Source: Histomonas meleagridis 2922-C6/04-290x (taxonomy: Eukaryota; Protista; Parabasalia). From it: a stretch of DNA of 64,000 nt. Below the pieces are notes generated by a model, which did not search any database, was not told where the DNA came from, and saw nothing but the letters and a program-made list of their open reading frames with translations. Of the stretch, positions 60,640 to 64,000 are shown in pieces. Made by a program: the position numbers and the translations under genes. Where the stretch lies: the NCBI GenBank assembly GCA_020184695.1, contig JAANOX010000151.1:1-64000 (forward strand), written 5' to 3'. Each line of letters starts with the position of its first letter. Within the stretch, counting starts at the first letter, position 1.

Positions 60640-62871
60640 ATGGACTTCATGAAAAGGCGAAAACTGCTTTCAAGAAAAACATCTGCATTTGATTGGAAAA
60701 AATTTATACTTTCATTAGAATCAAGTGTTTTTTCTTTAAATGAAGGTAATATTAAAGCTTGTGTTCAAAATACAATGAATTTATTTTCAGAAGTTGAAAG
60801 TTTTCCATTTTCGTTTAATCTTCTTCTTTGTAGATATATATATATATTCTGTATTTAAATTAAAACAATGTGAACCAATTTTATGTCTCACGTATTTGAA
60901 GTTAATAGAAAATTTAGAAGAAGAAATAAATATAAATAATCCAAAAATAATTTCATACTTCTGTAAGTTTCTTATAGAATTAAAAACGCAAGAATCATAT
61001 CATTTGATTCGAAAATTGGTTGGACAAAAACTTATTGTTTTACATTTTCAAGAAAACATGACAAAACTTTATTTTTCACATTATAAAACAAAAGAAGAAA
61101 TATCAAATATTTCAGAAAAAAGTATTCAACATTTTAAAGCATATATTAAAGCACTACACAAACATGATTTGAAACTTCATAAAAATTATATTAAAGAAGG
61201 AGTTAACCCAATGGAAATTGCAGAAGTTATTAGAAATGATGATGTTGAAAAATTGCAACAAATAACATCACAAACAAATTTTGATTTTAGCCAAACAATT
61301 GAATCATGTGTTTATGAAAAGGCATCACTACTATCTACACAAGGCACTACATTGATTAATTATGCAGCATTTTTTTCTGCTGTTAAATGTTTTAAATTTT
61401 TATTAATAAATGGATCTAATATTATAAATACAAAACAATATGCAATCGCAGGAGGGAATATAGAGATTATTCATATGTGTGAAAAAACTTATTCATTATT
61501 TAGTAATGTATATGAATCAGCAAATGAATATCATCGAAATGATGTTTTCCTTTATTTTTATGAAAACAAGAAAAACGATTTAAAAGATTTAACAGTTTTA
61601 GGAATTAAATGCATTCAACATAATAACTTAGAAATTTTATTTTTTCTAATAGACGAAGGAATGCAAATTAATTCTAAATTTATTGAGAAATTAATAAAAA
61701 TAGGAAATACAATGTTGATGAAATATTTTATTGAAAATCAACAGATTACAAAATCAGTTTTGCAAAAATTAGATTTTTGCAAATCATTTCAATCTTGAAA
61801 TCTTGAAATCATTAAATTATTTGCTGAACAAAAAGAATTTGATATAAATGAAAGAATTTTTTTTAATTATATGTTTATCTGATTTATTTTGTGTAAAAAA
61901 AGAAAGATACATTTGTTTCGCTAAATTGAAGTTTGTTTTGATTATATTTGACACCACTTATGTTTGCATGCAAAAAAGGATATACAGAAATAGTCAAATT
62001 ACTACTTGAACAAAAAGGAATTGACATTAATTATAAGCATATTTGTTCGTTTTATTTGTTATTTTTTTAATAATTTGATATTTCAAAACAATATTTGGAA
62101 ATTATTTTAACTATTTTGGTCAGCACTTATTTGGGCATCGAAAAATGGGCATACAGAAATAGTCAAGTCACTCCTTGAACAAGAAGGAATTGATGTTAAT
62201 GTTAAAGGTATTTATTTGTTTTGTTTCATATTAATTTTAATAATACCATATTTCAAAATAATATTTGAAAAATATTTGAAAAATTTAAAACACCACTTTG
62301 GTATGCAACTAAGAAAGGTCAGATTGAAGTTGTTAAGCTACTTCTTAAGCAAAAAGGAATTAATGTCAATGCATATAATATTTATATATAAATATTTATG
62401 TTTATTATTGTAACATAAGATTTGTTTAATTCGTTTAACATTTATTTTAATAATTTTATTTTTATTTTAATGATTTGATATTTATTTTAATATTTTAGCT
62501 TTTGTTTTCATAATTTTATGTTTATTTCTATATATTTCTGTTTGCTGTAACAATTTGATATTCATTTTCATAAATCTGAATTTGTTTGTTTTGTTTTATA
62601 CTCCACTTATGATTGCATGCAAGAAAGTTCACAAGGAAATAGTTAAATTACTTCTTGAACAAAAAGGAATTGATGTTAATTATAATAATATTTGTTCGTT
62701 TTATTTATTATTTTTTTGAATAATTTGATATTTCAAAATAATATTTGGAAATTATATAAATTATTTGAGACAGCACTTATATTAGCATTTGAAAAAGGTT
62801 ATATCGAAATTGTTCAAATGTTAAAACATTGGATAACTGATGAAGAAAAACGTCACAAAAGAAGAAAGTAA
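60640..62871 (+). pseudogene. DUF3447 + six ankyrin-cassette gene, with a (TA)n frameshift near 60835-60846 and an in-frame TGA at 61796-61798
   Basis: DUF3447 core LINYAAFFSAVKCFKFLLING...YAIAGGNIEIIH; the same frame resumes NLEIIKLFAEQKEFDIN after the TGA; ankyrin cassettes at 61942-62043, 62111-62212, 62281-62382, 62591-62692 and 62761-62871 (stop TAA). Confidence 0.8.
61859..62760 (+). other. Five intron-like spacers: about 61859-61941, 62044-62110, 62213-62280, 62383-62590, 62693-62760
   Basis: AT-rich and frame-breaking (about 83, 67, 68, about 208 and 68 nt), all at the same point of the ankyrin repeat; no consistent GT or AG ends. Confidence 0.75.
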
Positions 62872-63307
62872 AAATGTATTTGAGATGAATCACTTTGTAT
62901 ATAATTTATTGTTTTAAATACAATGCTTCAAAAAATTAGCGTACCACAACTATTAACACAATCAAAATATGAAGTAATTCTTTACGAAAAGCTCACTACA
63001 AAAAAGCTCAATAGTTTGAACTTTCAAAATAACGATAGGGTTTTATCTATCGGTTTTCCCAGGATTCAGTGTCAGAGAAAATTCTATCGTTCTTAAAACC
63101 GTTAAATAAATTTTAAACCGACATGTTAAAACATTCTAAATTTTTTCCATATCAAATTAAAATTAATTAAATATGATTTATGATTTAAAATATCCATCAA
63201 AATGCTTCAAAATTTTCTTTTTTGATATTTTTGTTTTTATTTATTTTAATGCTTTTTTAAATCATGCAAATTGATAACGGTCGCTTCCATCTTGGTAAGC
63301 CAATTCC

Positions 63308-64000
63308 ATGACTGAGCAGTCCCCTTTTGGAATTGAATCTAACCCCAATCATGAAAACATAAAAAGACCTAAGGTTGAAAATATTGGAAAAGTACTTCTA
63401 CCACCAAATATTCCAAATCCTTCAAAAAATTTCTCATTTATTGACAAGTCCAAAAATTCACATACAGATGCTCCACCTCTATACCAGCAGGTTCCAGTTC
63501 CAAGTGGAGCTGAACATTGTCTTCAAGGACTTTGTTTTTCTGCAACAGGAACAATGCGATCATTGAAAAGAGGTGATCTTCGTGCTTTAATTGAAAAATA
63601 CGGAGGAAGGCTAAGGCCATCCATAAATGCAAATACTGATGTTTTGATTCGTGGAGTATCAGATGTAAATGAAGAAAAATATAATCAAGCAAAAGAAAAA
63701 GGAATAACAATCATTGATGAAAATGGTCTTTTTTACATCATTCGGCAATCCAACGTAACCAAAAAACCAATTCCCGAACCTTCTGAAACAACCAATGAAC
63801 CCCCTCCAAAAAAAACCGTAAAACAAGCGGTTGATTTACTTCAATTATTGAATGGGAAACCGGCTAGTAAACCAAAGAAAAAAGCCAAACAAAAAACAGA
63901 AAACGAAAAGCCAAAACCTCAAGAAACAGAGACAAAACCAAAAGAAATAAGAAAAACCACTCCCACACCAGTAGGACCTCCACCACCCGAAGAACTTTCT
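63308..64000 (+). CDS. RFC1: BRCT-domain protein of RFC1 type (5' part, runs off the window)
   Basis: Open from ATG 63308 to the window end, and absent from the ORF track because it has no stop. VPSGAEHCLQGLCFSATG...LIEKYGG...AKEKGITIIDENGL matches the RFC1 BRCT pattern. Confidence 0.7.
   Translation, partial: MTEQSPFGIESNPNHENIKRPKVENIGKVLLPPNIPNPSKNFSFIDKSKNSHTDAPPLYQQVPVPSGAEHCLQGLCFSATGTMRSLKRGDLRALIEKYGGRLRPSINANTDVLIRGVSDVNEEKYNQAKEKGITIIDENGLFYIIRQSNVTKKPIPEPSETTNEPPPKKTVKQAVDLLQLLNGKPASKPKKKAKQKTENEKPKPQETETKPKEIRKTTPTPVGPPPPEELS

Noticed and set aside
61942-62775. Treating the spacers as AT-AC introns ending at the AC of the Thr codon (AC|A GCA)
   Set aside because: Joining the phase-1 ATATTT start to that AC shifts the frame and deletes the ankyrin beta-hairpin residues; one copy has TC rather than AC.
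61942-62871. CRISPR array (alternating conserved and variable units)
   Set aside because: Eukaryotic context, no cas genes, the variable units are coding ankyrin repeats, and the conserved units are degenerate and too long.
63438-63710. 90-aa minus-strand ORF and the 63375-63566 plus-strand ORF
   Set aside because: Shadows of the BRCT-containing frame that starts at 63308.
1-64000. rRNA, tRNA or spliceosomal snRNA genes
   Set aside because: No cloverleaf, rRNA-like GC-rich block or U1/U2/U5/U6 signature was recognised by eye; tRNAscan-SE/Infernal would be needed to exclude them fully.

Overview
AT-rich, gene-dense eukaryotic DNA in the standard genetic code. It is most likely from a parabasalid (Tritrichomonas/Histomonas/Trichomonas-like), inferred from DUF3447-ankyrin loci, a BspA-type LRR remnant, kinase-SEL1 fusions and M3-like promoter motifs. 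Recognisable genes are UTP10, RPL19, a dynein roadblock light chain, a lidless Hsp70, a karyopherin-beta, a RhoGEF-PH-Kelch protein, a nucleotide-sugar transporter, TMEM231, IFT38/CLUAP1, a FOP/LisH protein, a CARMIL-like LRR protein, TBCCD1-like, and an RFC1-type BRCT gene running off the right end. Four things stand out. (1) At three separate loci, single ankyrin repeats sit in exact 102-nt open cassettes separated by conserved, frame-breaking AT-rich spacers of mostly 67-68 nt that have no GT-AG ends but share an RTATTT 5' motif and an internal hairpin. These are candidate non-canonical introns or a cassette-diversification system. (2) An 18.2-kb single ORF encodes a pseudokinase-SEL1-6xAAA+-3xvWA protein that resembles midasin but is not a midasin orthologue. 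(3) A scavenger decapping enzyme (DcpS) looks strikingly like budding-yeast Dcs1 and carries an in-frame TAA. (4) An alpha/beta hydrolase looks like a gut-Firmicute gene. No rRNA, tRNA or CRISPR array was seen. All family assignments come from motif recognition by eye; no searches were run.
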